Translations under genes and position numbers: made by a program | The notes under the pieces: model-generated | Seen by the model: the letters and a program-made list of their open reading frames with translations, nothing else | The model's database searches: none | What the model was told of the DNA's origin: nothing | Shown: piece by piece, positions 32,453 to 46,566 of the stretch | How the letters are laid out: every line of letters begins with the position of its first letter | How positions within the stretch are numbered: position 1 is the stretch's first letter | Assembly: GCA_013115145.1 (NCBI GenBank) | Contig: JAAPAO010000183.1 | Location: 1-56,866, forward strand | Origin: Perkinsus chesapeaki ATCC PRA-425 | Taxonomy: Eukaryota > Protista > Perkinsozoa | Direction of reading: 5' to 3' | Length of the DNA stretch: 56,866 nt

Positions 32453-35400
32453 TTAACAGACAGTTTCACTTTGCAAGTTTGTTCTCTCTGCAATTTTATT
32501 CCTTCGCATTATTTCATCATTCGCTCTCAACGCTTCCTTCGCCGGGATAACCACCATAACGCCGTTCACTAGCTCGAACGTCATCATAGTGTTTTCATCC
32601 GCGACTTCCTCTATTTTCATCACTTCGTCAGCGAGCTGCTTCAAGTTCCTCACCTGAGCATCACAGGCAGCTTTGAAACGGCCAGGAAAAATACAAGATA
32701 CTTCCACTCCATTTAGCTTGGACAATTGGAGACATTTAATATCGTGATAACCCACGGTGAGTTCACTGGCTAAAACCTGATGAAGGATCACGACCTCATC
32801 ATCGACGGACTTCCGTTGGCCATGCGACCACAGCCCACACAGACGTATCTGAAATACCAGATCTATCAAAGGTAACTAGTGTAAATTCTATGAACATATC
32901 TATGATAAGGTCTTATTTGTATTTAATATGTTATATAATCAAGCAGTGTGAGGAACTGCATCACCTCTATACTTCGTGCATCGCATACTGCGTAAGAATC
33001 GTGCCGCGCGATAATAAGCAAGTGATGTTGAGAAAAAAAGCGAAGCAGCTGTTCGGCCGACGGCTTACTGGAGCTTCTGACTCGAAGTTGTCGCCGTATT
33101 CGCATAACAGGAACGGTTCAGTGAGCGGCAGGAAGACCAGCCCGGCAACTATGAAGTATTTGGGGCCGTATCTTGGCTCTACTGGAACAAGTGGCTCGGA
33201 TTTGCTGAAAATGAAACACTGAAATCGTGCAATCGCCGACAATCGGTAACGGGGCTGAAGTATCCTTGTGGATAGCTGGGGGCCATAGGTCAAAATCTAG
33301 CGGGTCCAACGGCAAAGTTACACAGACGGCTAATTGCAGTGATCCTCGAGAGAAATCTTCAAAGTCTGAGTCAGTTTACACAACTTCATTTCCTAGCAAG
33401 CAGGCTCATTCCGGCTAGTGGATCGTTTATGGATTCAAAACTAATGGAATCCATTGAACGGATATTCCAAAGCTGCTCCGAGGTAAGTGAGATCGACGTT
33501 ATGCGCTCTGACAGTTAGAATGCTTTGTTTTCATCGTTTGAAAGAAACACGGTTCTGTCGAGCCTGGTGTGAAAGGCATACGACAGTTAGTATGCTACCT
33601 CAGTTTAAGGTCAAAGTGCTGAATGCTATGATCTCTAAACAGCCCAATCTTTACAGTATCACCAACAAAGTGCCGCTGTAGGAGGTAGATAAAGGGAATC
33701 CTTTCACCCTAAAAACATACGCAGTGAAGATGGGGTGCTCCAAGCTGGCTATTCGATGGTATCAATGTTGAGGCGATTTCACTTCCTGATTTATAATTGA
33801 CTAATTCACGGCCATCGCCAGCATAAGTCAACTGAATTGGCGTTCACTTCTTCAGCTTAAGTAAGCCAACCCTGGTGTGCAGTAGACCACATTCACCAGC
33901 AGCTCCTAACTTAGGAGTCCTAAGGCCCTCACCTGTCTGAAAGGTACGGTCCCATCATTAGCAATCTGAGAGCTATCAATATTCGTTACCACGTCCCCAA
34001 CTTTGAGTATCTCCGCTGCGGGAGCAGTAGAATCAATTCGACGAACTCGAACTCCTGTAACCTATGCAGAAAAGGACGCGATGCAGAATAGTCATAGCAG
34101 CGAAGCTATTCAACTGAATCTACAGGTATTGCTAGGAATCTTGTCGTTGTAAACAACTTATATAATCTGTTTGCTTGAATAGACATAAATTTTTATTATA
34201 TAAATGCACCCGGAAACGAAATAACACTGATCTTCTTCATAGTGCCACGAGGCTGGTGGTTATCTCATGGATTGCTTAACTGGTATACTGTTGACAAATT
34301 CCGTTGTGCCTAGTAAGGATGAAAGCAATGATACATTTTGCCGTGGCGCGTAACGTTCGATAATTGATCCAAAGTATCCGTGTGAATCTCCCATCCATGG
34401 GCCGAGAATGCTGCAGACAAACTCGTCCCACTACAGCACGGTCACCGTGCCACGGTGTGAACATTTCTCATCTTGAACTCCGAGTCCGGTAATAGACTAA
34501 CGCACTACTTACACTATTTGGCATACCCAGATCCTTCCTGATATATGCTGATTCAAGTGGCTGGAAAGCAAAACCTCCGTCACCGAAACCAGTGTACCTT
34601 GGAAAGCGAGGGGAAAACTGGCACCAAATAACAGACGAACACTTGGAAGAGATTCAGTGAGGTTGTTAGAATAGCTCCGCAGAATGGGTTCCGAATCAGA
34701 ACTTCCGATGTATGCCTACACCTTGCTAGCTTGTCACCGACAAGTCGCCGATAAGTGTACGGCATACCGGCTGCGATGGGTATACGAAGACGCTAGATTA
34801 AATTTTGATAGAACGCTGACAGTAGGAAGAAGCGATCCATGACGAATCACGACAATCACAACTCTTTGGCGAGATCTCCAGCCTAGTAGTACAGCTTTGG
34901 TGCACCGCGAGACCTCAAGCCCTGAATCCGATCTTGCCCATGCGAGAGAGGCCCGAATCGGGAGTTCCGATAGTGTCGAATTTTTCTATCGGGGCGATAT
35001 CGATTGCTCCTAGCTCAACATGTACCGCTTACTTGCCATGCTTATGAAAGTCTTCCAGGAAATGCTTGACAATCTCGGTTGGTATAATGTAGCTGATGTT
35101 TTCGGTGCCTTCTCCTCTTAGTGCTTGGAATGCCACTCCGATACACCTGGACCCACGTCGCTCGCCACTTAGTCAGGAGAGCTCCTTACCTGCCATTATT
35201 GTCTACTGCTGGGCCGCCGCTGTTCCCCGGGTTAATTGCCGCGTCGATCTACAAGAGTTGATTTTGCAGTTGAAATGGAATGATTGGGTGACCTGTATTG
35301 CGAGAAGCTTTGGTGCTCCTGCTGAGCCGTGGGCGGTGTACTCTTGTAGGTCGATGCGGCTAACGACACCTAACATATACGCTATGATTCGGAAACAGAT

Positions 35401-38400
35401 CAACCAACGACCCCGGAGATGAATCGGAAAACTCAACTTCAGGAGCCTCTCCGAGTAACACCACACGACCCCGCATTTCGCCAGTTCGAGGCTTGATGGA
35501 AACAAATTCTGATTTTTATCGTCGTTCGCTTCGCTGCTTCTGAGTCCTTTCAGCGCTTCACAAATACCCTGTCCACGGTAAGTTGCCATAGAACCTTCGG
35601 TAACCAATTCAGCCGCGAGTCACGGTAGAATCAGCTCAGAGTATATGCAGAGGAAAAAAAACAAGCGTCATTCTGTGCCGATGGTCATCGGGGCTGCTGA
35701 TGGGATTCACATTCCAATATTAGCCCCAAGAGCGAACAGAGCCGTACTAATCAATAGCAAAGGGTGGACAAGTGATAATAATAGGGCGATGTAGAATATG
35801 GATGGTTGCACACGTCACTTTGACTTGCGATCGCCAGGGACCTCTCAAAACTCCCCGGATTTTGAACGAATTGCCCACTCGCAGTGCATACATATCCGTA
35901 TTTTCCGCGCAGTCAGACTACTGCCCTTATTTGCACCGTGCTAGCCTCTGAACGCCGATGCGCAGCCACTGCTGACTTGTCCAGTCAGCTCTCCTCTCCT
36001 CTGGGTTTCAGACTCGGAGTTTAAGATACGCGGCCAGAGTCTGGCCGCCAGACTCCACGCTTTTTCCACCAGTTCAGCTGTGAGGACTAATGAGTACTTG
36101 CAGAGACCTGGTAGAACATCAGCCTTGCCTTCTACTCGGATGTAAGAGTTCCCCGCAGCTGTTTGTCGACGAAGTTGGCGAGAAGGTGGTAAAGGTTTAC
36201 GCACTCTTGAAGCAATTCTGGACCCAATGTTCATGCATACAACAACAAGTTGGTGTCACCAAATAAAAATCTCTCAAGTGGCAAAATTCCGACCGATCAG
36301 CTTGCCAGCCATGTCTTGCAAGCGTGGTTTGGTCTGTGTGAGCGCGAGTCTGTTCATAGAGCGCCCTACAGCGATCGGAGGGATGGTGTAGCCATGAAGC
36401 CATAGCGAGCATTGCTAGAATTGCTAGAATTGTTAGAATGACCAATGATGGCCCAAAGCTAGATGAGAAAAGCTGCCCGGCCGAGTATGCTCCTATCATG
36501 GGCCTCAAAAAAAGTGTGCTAACGTTCCGTAACGGAACTTCCGTTTTGACTCACCTTGAGATACCGAGGTGTTGTCTCCTCCGACAGGATATCCGACAAC
36601 AGTCACATCGTCACCGAGTTTCTGAAAGAATTAATGTTAGTCTAAATACTGTGTTTTGCGTTTAACACCTTTGTATTTGAAATTCAAACGGTAGCGCATT
36701 TTTCATACTAAAACATCAGGCATTCGCTTGGAAAGTTTTCTAGTCAATGCCTGATCTTTCAATGAAAAATTTCCAATGATGAGAGCGCCTTCAATTCCTG
36801 AAGAATACTCCGCTGGAGCGCTACTGATACCAAGGATCAAGTGACAGAAAGTAAGCGTTTAACTATATTGGATGAACTCGCGTTGAAACACTGTATGGAC
36901 GGCTTTCCTGAAAATGATACTATCATTTATAGATGCGCGTAACATAGGACTCTTCCGTCGACTCTGCTCCAGATTGGAGCCTCCAGTAATTTCACAAACT
37001 GGAAGGGATGTCATTGTAGTCTTGAAGCAATGCATTCATAGATTTCGCGCATTGAAATTCCCTTTACGAAATGAATTTTGTGGCGCTTCAAAGATATTTC
37101 ATTCTCTCCGCGCGTACACGCGAGTATGTTCATTTTCCATTTCCAGTTAAGGAGGACAGACAGCTTACTGGTAATCGCCTAGCTAGCTTAAGTGCTTCCA
37201 AAGTGCCCCAGAACTCTTCCTCTGACTCTGTGTTACCCTAAAAACGTCCGTGAAGTCCAATCTAAAATCAGTGCATATTGCACCAAATCGCTGTGATTGT
37301 TTTTGAGCTGCTGCGAAGGACTCGAGAACTACTGTAGCTTCGCCCAACCTAGTTCTAGCCATCATGTACATATAAGGCCGACCAGCGCTTCCGTGATGGA
37401 ATACAAATTGCCGACGGAGAAAACCCTATTTCCAAGAAGTATAACGATAGCAACAATTGCAACTGTGAGAAAATTTGGGAATCCTGATGGGCTTCGGTAT
37501 CTGCAAGCCCTTAGCGGCATGTATAACCGTAAAAGATATACATATTGAAGTACTATCATTATGAGTGATACCAATCTTACGTCAAACACAGGCTCCAAGA
37601 TGGCCAAGTCGCACTCCGATGCAACACAGAGTGCTCGGCAAACTACCTTCGCAGAGCTGCCTCGAGTTTTCACCTGAGAATAATAAAGTTGAATGATTCA
37701 ACTTTAAGAAGCCTGGTTCAAGTTAATCGCATATAAAATTCGGCCAGGCACAGATCAACGCCGATTTTGAGTGTGGGATTATATTCTTACCTGTATAACT
37801 GCAGCGTGATTCACACTGTGTGCGTTAGTGAGCAAAAGTCGTCGGGATGCGGCACCCATGCCATTCATTGTAAACGCAAATGCAGTGGATGTACCTGAAG
37901 GAAAAATCGTTGTAACAAAATCTCTGATGATGACTGGATATCTGAGGCTTCGAGCTCCAAGGAGCAGAGTAGTTGGGCTCGGAATGCGTGCAAAAAACCT
38001 GAACGAAACAGAAAATTCCACCATCTGGTCCAGGATTCTGACCCTGAATTTGAGTATAAACGAAGTAAACCGAACTTGAAGCACATCGAGTTATTGCAAG
38101 AATACAGCCCGACGCAATAAAATAGAATAAAATACGAAACATTCTATTTCACTGCGTCGGCATGTATAGAAATTAAGGAAACGGGAGAAAGATAGGCAGA
38201 ATTTCTGCCACAGAAACACGGATTAGAGAAGCCGAATAAAAGAGTGATCCTGGGAGGGAATCCTCGATCGAGGGACAAGAAGCATTTCTGCCGCGGAAAT
38301 ATAGAGACAAATTTCTTCTCACTATACGACGGTTCATCGAAACTATTCCCTTCAAGAGAATCCCTCCCAATTGGCAGGTAATCCCCAAGCTAATTCAGCT

Positions 38401-39486
38401 GGCCCAATTGTGCCGTTAAAATCCGAGCATGGAAACGCTCAGCGGGAGAGCTGGCTCTCACCTTCACAACACTGTTGACACCAGGCTGGTCAGTGACGGA
38501 CTCATCGAGGGCCCCATCAGAATCATCGCACGTAGATGGCTGCACACTGAAGTAAACACAGCTCGCAGAACCGTATGTCTTCAAAGGTTCTCAGCATCTG
38601 CGTGCCTTGGCCCAAGCGATAGATATTTTTGTCCGATACAGTTGCTAGAGTAGACCATAGTTTTATGTTTCAGAGAATATACTGGTTCCCTCTGACGTTT
38701 CCTGCTGAGCGTTCAAACATATTTAAGTCTCACAGCACGCAGCATGGGCACTAAAACGTCCACAGAGAAAATCCCACTGAATGCAAACCAGGAAAATATA
38801 TGAGTGGCGTCTTCCTCACGTTCGACTCCCCAACGACCGCCTCGGCGTACTCGGCAGGCGGTATCGTTCCTCTGCGTTGCTGCAACGTGAAGCACCTAAT
38901 ATCAGATAAACATTAATAAGCAGAAGAAAACGCCGAGAAAATTCCGATTACAGGACGGAATACCGATCGTGTTTCACCAACTATTGACACAGTAGTACTG
39001 AGCTTAGCCAAAGTCCCGGTGCTAACGTTGTACATTTGGCTGTTTGTTTGTATATTCTCTAGCAGGCTGACAAAGATGATTCTGTGTTGCAGCTAGAGCA
39101 AGTCTGAGGGTATTGCTATTATTATTCAGCGTATAATCGAAATTTCACTTCCTTTATTCCATTTTTTATTTATTTCTCCTTCGAAGTATTGTTTTGATAC
39201 TCAGATTATACAGAACTAAACTGAAGTCTATGCAAATGGACGACTTTTGTTTTGTATCGAAATTCATACTTTCAGAAATGATGGTAGCATACGAGCTTAG
39301 AGAAACTTCTGAACAAAAGCCTTTCACTATTTTCGAATATATAAAGACCATTTAAACAAAGGTGAGCGTTCAACAAGGTGAATATCCAGTTCCACATTCA
39401 CGTACGTACTACGTACCTTCATCGAAGTTTTCTCGTCTCCGTTTGCGAGGTGATAGGGGGACGAGCAATGGGTTGGTCGAAGACAT
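32453..39486 (-). CDS. Multi-exon Deg/HtrA (protease Do-like, plant DEG2/DEG9-type) serine protease with two PDZ domains; start approximate
   Basis: Exons: NSVVK|VFCTHSEPNYSAPW; LLLTNAHSV (His); ECDLAIL (Asp); EEFWG; VTVVGYPVGGDNTSVSQG; GVVSRID; IDAAINPGNSGGP (Ser); ISYIIPTEIVKHFL; GVRVRRI...NDGTVPFRQGERI; PKYFIVAGLVFLPL; QVLASELTVGY. Candidate start MSSTNPLLVPLSPRKRRR at 39486. Confidence 0.93.
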
Positions 39487-39797
39487 AGTGATAAGCAGGG
39501 CTTACTATCCGTTTCGTGACGTCAACGAAGCCGCGGATCGATGGGGGCAAAGGATCCACCAAGACTTCACTGGGCCCAAGCCCCTATTTAAGACCCCCAT
39601 TTTCAATACGCGTCACGAAGTTTTAGATTCTTCAAGAATCACTCTTGCACACGGTAGTCAATGAGAAATCACTGAGTAATGTGAGTTTCCATTTCGGTTC
39701 AGGAGGAATGTACAAGTGACTCAAAAAAGACTTTTGAAAATTGCACCATCAAATTACGATAAACATACAAGTACACGTACAGTCTATACGAGAACAG

Positions 39798-40686
39798 TTA
39801 GCCGACTATGTGGGGCAAACCTGCCTTCGAAAGGACGGTAATATTGAAACACAAAACTATGAGGAAGTGGACATCTGGCATTTGAGTGACGCATGGTAGC
39901 ATATCATCAGCTTGACCGGGGATGGACAGTACGGAGGAAGAGGTCGGATGAGCGGCGATCTGCCAGAGGAACAGTTAGTCTGATGGCACCACACTTGGCG
40001 ACAAACTTACCAGGATCTTCTCCAATAAAACTGAAGCCTTGTTCTGCACGCAACTTCTCGGCGAATTCCCGGAACGTCTTCCTTCTTTTGGCAGTGAAAT
40101 ATAACGCTACGGTATCAGGTAGTCTTTTAAGTATCTAATAAGTGATCTTGGATGGCAATGATAACGTTTTGAATGATTCAATAAGTTCAATTTGGATCGC
40201 ATAGCGCGATGGCGTGCATACATCTTCGACTGCTAGCCTTAGCATTCTTGACGCTACTCCTTTGTGTTGCCATGCTTTGCGTACTTCGGTGCTTGCTATA
40301 TATATAACGACACCGTTTCTCTCGGGACTAAATCAAATTATTGATGCGGCGATCGAGATTGAATGCTTACAGCTCAGCAAGTACTGCCTCAAGGGGGTTC
40401 TCCTCTATCTTCCATATGACATTTCCCACGACACCCTGAATCGCACCACTGAAGACGGCCAGGCAACGTGTGGAACTACATCAGCAGATTCGAAGCCAGC
40501 TCCTTTCTTCACAGCGACGAAATAATGAAGTGCGGAATGGCTCCGGCCACCCCCTTCAAGAAGTGGCCCATATTCGAGATCATCAGCAGTTAGTTCGGTT
40601 AATGCCTTGGATTGTTCGGCTGATTTTATCGATAATTGATAAGTGACGTTGATAAGACAGATATTAACAAGGAGGGAAGCTCTCAT
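39798..40686 (-). CDS. Secreted GNAT-family acetyltransferase-like protein (multi-exon; 3' end approximate)
   Basis: Leader MRASLLVNICLINVTYQLSIKSA; motif A exon IYIASTEVRKAWQHKGVASRMLRLAVED; next exon ILKRLPDTVALYF...GFSFIGEDP|gtaag. Confidence 0.8.
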
Positions 40687-41524
40687 TAATAATAGTGAGA
40701 TGATACTGTACGTAGGGTAAGATACTTGTCGTAGCACAGTAGCTGGCACAGGCAGACAATCGCATGAACCTCTATGGCTGCTCGAACGCTCCACAAATAT
40801 TCTCAACCAGGCAGGAACAGTCAGCGGGTTTCTGGCCATCGTCCAAATTGAGCTCCTTCGCATTTATACGAGAAGTCATTTATTTGAAGGTTACCTCGCG
40901 CAAAGAAGACGATCGGTTCAAAGTCAATGTAACAATGTATACAAAAAAGCGTTCTTCGGGGCGCTAAAAATGTCTCTGATAGGATCTCCTCCGTGGAATG
41001 TGTTCCTGGAGCAAGAACAAGAGTCCAGTGTGTTCTGTAACAGAACACAACAGAACTTCTGTTATGACCACCGTACCACTATACATATCAATATAGTGCA
41101 TAATATACAACCGAAATGAAGTTAACAATACATGATTTTAATCAGTTACCGAAGTTTCGAGAATTCTGAGGCAGAAATAGTCAGTAAATGATGATGGAGT
41201 GCCGCGAACATTACCGTTCAACACAAAGCTGGATGAAATGAACACCCGACAACTTAATCAGATACACAGACGGAGTGTCTTTCGATCATAGAAGAGCCGG
41301 TCAGAAAGCGGGTAGCTGAAGCGTGGAGGCTGCGGTCGCCATGCGAGTCATTATTGTGCCGAGAAGGACGTACTAAGCCGGTTTTGCAGCGATGTTAATA
41401 ATAAAACTTGTGCAAGGTCCTTTATAGTTAGACGTAGAACACGCTTCGGGATCGCCGTTATTTCACGCGGCATATAGAAAATATATGGAAGGCCTTCGAG
41501 TTGTGCATTATCTTCGTTTATGTG

Positions 41525-42264
41525 TCAGCTTGGATATTTGTAGAGATAGTATTGGTGGCCGGAGGTTTCTGAAAATATACTGAATAACAGAGATTCACTT
41601 CCATATCATTTGGCCAATGGATCATCACAATAACTTACCTGGTTCACCTAAGGGAATGAAGTTATTTTTCTTATACAGTTTAATGGCGGCCACATTATCA
41701 CGATGAACTCTCAGATAAACTGCTATGACATTCGGCCATTTAACTTCCATCTGTTGCAGAAATATATTATTAATATAATATTCTCGACACACATCTTTCA
41801 ACGCTAATGGTAACATCTTAGATGCTACTCCTGTATCTTGCCAATCTTCGTCCACCTCTAAGATTTCTATAATCACAACACCATCCTTCTCCGTCTTCCC
41901 CGGACTGACCAAACGTAACCTTTCATATCGGAGGCATTCCTACAGGTTATCTAGGACGATTCTCGGCACCATCTGAGTCAAGTATGAGCAAACCCATGCC
42001 TTCACATTCTGAAACGAGCAGCCGTTGTCTGGCTTAAGACTGCAATGCCTATACCTCCTCTGTTCCTCTCCGATGGAGGACAGCTCCGAAAACGTGTTCA
42101 AATTCAGCAATTGACGAGTAACCGACTTCCTCGGCAAGTAAACGACTATATTCAAGATCTTCAGCAGTGAGATTGGTTAATGACTTTGACTGTTTGGCTG
42201 ATTTTATAGATAATTGATAAGCGATGTTGATGAGACAGATTATAAGGAGAAGGGAAGCTCTCAT
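41525..42264 (-). CDS. Secreted GNAT-family acetyltransferase-like protein (multi-exon)
   Basis: Leader MRASLLLIICLINIAYQLSIKSA; IEILEVDEDWQDTGVASKML; WPNVIAVYLRVHRDNVAAIKLYKKNNF (motif B); last exon ETSGHQYYLYKYPS*. An in-frame upstream ATG lies at 42294. Confidence 0.88.
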
Positions 42265-42559
42265 TAATAATAACACTGCTAACTGATATGACATACAAGC
42301 CTGACCGACCTCACGCTTGGAAAGCGCCGTTGCGCAGTGTGCGGCTCATGACTACAGTTGCTATCACCGAGCCCTACAGCCACTCCACACTGTTAATTGC
42401 AACTTGAGCTATCGGCAAATATTCGAGCACTCGCCACGGAACTTCATTCCCTCTGGGAGCAGCAAAACACCAAGAAGCGGCACAAACAGACAGTGTCACT
42501 AGATTTCCATGAAAATTTTCTGCACGTAGCGAGGTCATCGCTCTCTACTTTGCGAATTG

Positions 42560-44361
42560 CGCACCTTCCCTCAGGTTTCAGGTTGCCTTCTCCTCCTTCG
42601 GGTTTCAGGTTGCCTTCTTCTCCTTCGGGTTTCAGGTTGCCTTCTTATCNNNNNNNNNNNNNNNNNNNNNNNNNNNNNNNNNNNNNNNNNNNNNNNNNNN
42701 NNNNNNNNNNNNNNNNNNNNNNNNNNNNNNNNNNNNNNNNNNNNNNAGGTTGCCTTCTTCTCCTTCGGGTTTCAGGTTGCCTTCTCCTCCTTCGGGTTTC
42801 AGGTTGCCTTCTTCTCCTTTGAAATTCCGTCGTACTTCATTCGCTCCCAGTGGTGCCCGCCACTAATAAAATGTGTGTAACAACTTAAGAAAACGACACA
42901 GCGCCGCCGTGGTATTCGCAACAGACATTATCACATCATGTCCAGTGATAGTATCATACCACAGAGCAAAATGGCGAACATAATGGTTGATGTATTCTAT
43001 GGGGGGGCGGTTTACGACTTAGTTACAAACTCTAGGAACGTCTGCGAGTTTTTTGACAATTCCATGGACATTCAGCGACACGGTCTGGCGATGTCCCAAT
43101 AAGCAACGCTTGCTCGGAAGGAATTTCAGCCCGTGATCGGCATGCCTGTATTTCACAGATCGTTCACATCTGTTGGCAAGTCGAAGAAAATCTAATATAT
43201 AGCTTAACATGGTTGCCGGACTGAGATTGAGCCTCGAGGGCTACAGCTCTTTGACGAGGAGATCGATCCATGTTCGGTATGACATGTTCCGTTCACTAAG
43301 CAGTTCAATTCGGAGAACGACCGATGAAAAACAACACGGGCTATTGTAGACGAAACGCAAAACCTACGAATAGGGTAGTAATCGGTTGATAAGTAAACAT
43401 GAACATATTATATAAGCCTCGGAGGAACAAGTGATTGATGAAAGGTGTCACCAAACTTTGAAGAAGCGACCCGATCCGGGTAGCTGGGGTGCGAGTTTGG
43501 TCATCACCGTGGGATACGAAATGATGGCGCACCACGAATCGAAAATTCCGACATTCGAGAATAGCAACCGAATCAACTCTCGACAGAGCAGGGATGGCGC
43601 TTCAACCCAGAGCGAGTAAGATGGAACTGCCTCCATGCTGATTTTCGAGTCGGAACTCGCGAGTGCGTGAATTGTTCCCAGAGCATGCTTGATTGAGGTC
43701 TTTTGGTATAGATCATAACATGAATCTCAGACTGAAAATCACACTTAGCAATCGACCGTTGCTCACCTTTTATGGGATCTGCCCGACAGACAGGAAAGTG
43801 ATAGATGTGAGAAAGTATCTACGTAACAGTTTATCGAGTTATTATTAATTATCGTTCAATAATACCAAGTTGATAATCTATAATCACACTAAGTTTTGGA
43901 CCCTTATACGGTCATTTCTACACCACAGTGATTTTCTAGCTTAGCGCAACGTGTGTCTCCACGTTCGAAAGAGACAGGAGTTCAGAGTGCTATATTACAC
44001 TTAGCAATCGTTTAACAGTATGTGATAGCAAGTACAAATCATTTCCCAAGGGTAAGCCGAGCTAGAGTTCTTACTCGTATCATCATCGCGGACGAAGTAT
44101 CCCAAATTCGGTATTCTCTGTACACTTGGTATGGAGTTGTCCATGCGAAATGACCCATCCAAAAAAGAAGCATCCATCATGTTCTCGTCCGCATTCCTTT
44201 CGATGGTAGCTGAAGTTGCGACGTTCTGGAGAAACCGGATATGCGTTTCTGGGTGGAGTTGAAAGATATTTTCCAACTACCGCTAAGAAGCTACCCATCA
44301 AGCAACTCGACAGCGAAGAAACTGACTGCAGGAGAATAAACCAAAGTAAAGCACGCGTCAT
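42560..44361 (-). CDS. Hypothetical multi-exon secreted protein with acidic (PEG[E/G]EGNLK)n repeat
   Basis: Signal-like MTRALLWFILLQSVSSLSSC at 44361; exon-like frames at 44001-44276 and about 43250-43540; repeat exon bounded by ag|...|gt. Linkage of these exons is inferred. Confidence 0.4.
42574..42819 (-). repeat. 27-bp tandem repeat, collapsed by an assembly gap
   Basis: Unit GGTTTCAGGTTGCCTTCT(C/T)CTCCTTCG on +, head to tail with no spacers, on both sides of the N run. Confidence 0.92.
42650..42746. other. Assembly gap (97 N)
   Basis: Run of N. Confidence 1.
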
Positions 44362-46566
44362 CGAAAACGCGTGCTTGCTGCTAGCTATTCATTTATTCGA
44401 TTTCTTATTCGATCTTCGCGAGATCGATATACCTTAATGATCGATAGTATCGATCATACTATCGATTCGATACTACGCTGATAGTATGATCGATACGAGA
44501 CACATACCTTAATCAGGTTACCTTATGAATTACTCCTATCATGTAGCCCAATACACGGATTACACAATTGAAAGTTTGGACAATATTTTCTATGCACAAC
44601 AGGGAGATGTCATTCACGAGCGAAATAGAAGATGCGAAGTTCGGAAATGAGAATAGTTCCAATAAACTTTATCATCGATGCTTCACTCGAGCGAAAATGG
44701 TTCTAGGAGTGCTGAGGAGAGGTCAGCCGCCTAGTAATATCAATTTAGTAGCCTTGGTAGCCGTTAATTTCACTAGAATCGGCGCTTCAGGCGCGCGAGC
44801 CACTCCCCCTTACCTTCCACATAAGTCGAGCTACTGCGCCATATTCTGTTGACTTCTGTGGTGAGCATGCACGGGGAGCAGATCGGGATAATGACAAAGG
44901 TAACTGAGAAGGGAAGCTGCGTCATTGTAAAGTAGAAGAAAATTCGAAAAAAAGAAGGAAATTGGCATGACGTTTTGTGGAAGCAATTAGAAATAATGAC
45001 GAGGCTTAAAAAGACACCTTACTATGGCACGCGACATATCGGCATATTAATAGTATTAATAATTAACAGCTGAGTAATTAATCGTCCTCCATTCCTTCTA
45101 TTGAGTGAATAGTACTAAGTTGATACTGTCATATAGTGCATAATAACACATATATTCTATATCTGAATACCCGTCTCGTATAGTTACGAATCGCTACCGA
45201 AAATCCGCGAAAGAACATAGCCGACAGATTCGGTGGAGGAGGACAGAAATATGGAGCTCATCTCACACGGTCCAAACTCCTCTCCGTACGAATGCCTTTG
45301 CCGTCCGTGGAGTCGCCAAAATCCTGAGAATTCATAAATCATGCCAGACGACAACGCACATGCACCGGCTTGGGCGTAAAACGGTTTTCCAGCAGTGTAA
45401 AACGCGATGTAGTATGCACTGAAACCACAGCGCGTTCTAACACCTGCGCAAAATGCCGTCGTCACTGCGCGTTTTAACATCTCGCGTTTAGCGCGCAATG
45501 GGTGTTAAATCGGACAGCTGACGTTGCGTGATCTGACGTACGTAGAACGCCGCGTTTTTTTCATAACGAGGGGGCATCATTTATGTACATGCTTGACTAC
45601 ACACGAAATTAGAAGCGGGAAATTTTAAGAAATCCCGGTATATTTTTAAAGTGTGTTAAGGAAGAGACGTTTTACGACCATTCGCTAAAAAGGAGGTCCA
45701 ACTCCTGAGTGAGACTGGTTGATGAGGCAGTCATAGAAACAATGCCAGATGACCCCAAAAGGAATGCATCTGATACTCTTCCCGGTCAAGGAAGATACTT
45801 TTTGAATTCATATTAGGAATGATTCCCGATACATTGTCATGTGATTTTCGTGATGCTATACGGACCAATGTGACAGATATTCCAATACTGAAGTACAGGA
45901 CACAATTCATTCAACTCACTCTCATGCTTCTCGAGGATCTCCACGGAACAACTTGGAAGATCGGCAATCTATTCCGAGACGATCTAGACGAAGACCTGAC
46001 GTGATAGAAGGCATTATTTCACCAAGCTGTCAACACTACCGCATGACATCATCGACGTTGCGAGCACGTTTTCGTCGAACAGGATGACCGTGTGAGGGCA
46101 GAGGAATAAGGCTTGATGGGAACGGAGGAGTTGGCATTTGTAATGCAACCCTGCCGCCAATCGGAATGTACACCAGCAATTGCCAACAAGTCCCCCTGTA
46201 CGACCAGGCACAGTACATGCCATGCAAGCACTTGATTGTGTGTGGGTTTATAGTCCAACACCAAAAATGCCTCGGACTACCAATTCTATGTACAGCTGCC
46301 GCGAAGGTTTAATATCTTGCACTTTGGTAATCTTTTAACACAACATCAGAACAAAATTCACATCTAGCAATTGTGCAGGTTATGTCGGTTAGCAGTGAAT
46401 GCCCATCATAGATTGCATGTGACCGTCCGCGCCTCTAGCGAAGACACAAAGACAAGTTAGCGCTCCTCCTTGTTGTTGGTCTTCGAGTCTCCAATAACAC
46501 CCAGATTGCTGATTTCTATATTCCTTCTAGAATCTCTGAATTACCGTCGCCATGACACTGGCGCAC

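Noticed and set aside
854-34463. Scattered 7-8 bp perfect palindromic hairpins (854, about 27867, 30783, 33903, 34449)
   Set aside because: About ten such short inverted repeats are expected by chance in 57 kb, and they share no common sequence.
36411-36438. ATTGCTAGA x3, and TGTCAAAG x3 near 11950-11990
   Set aside because: Short slippage-type repeats with no further structure.
42574-42819. 27-bp repeat as a CRISPR array
   Set aside because: Units are contiguous with no spacers, no cas genes are present, the context is eukaryotic, and the repeat is in frame as a coding repeat.
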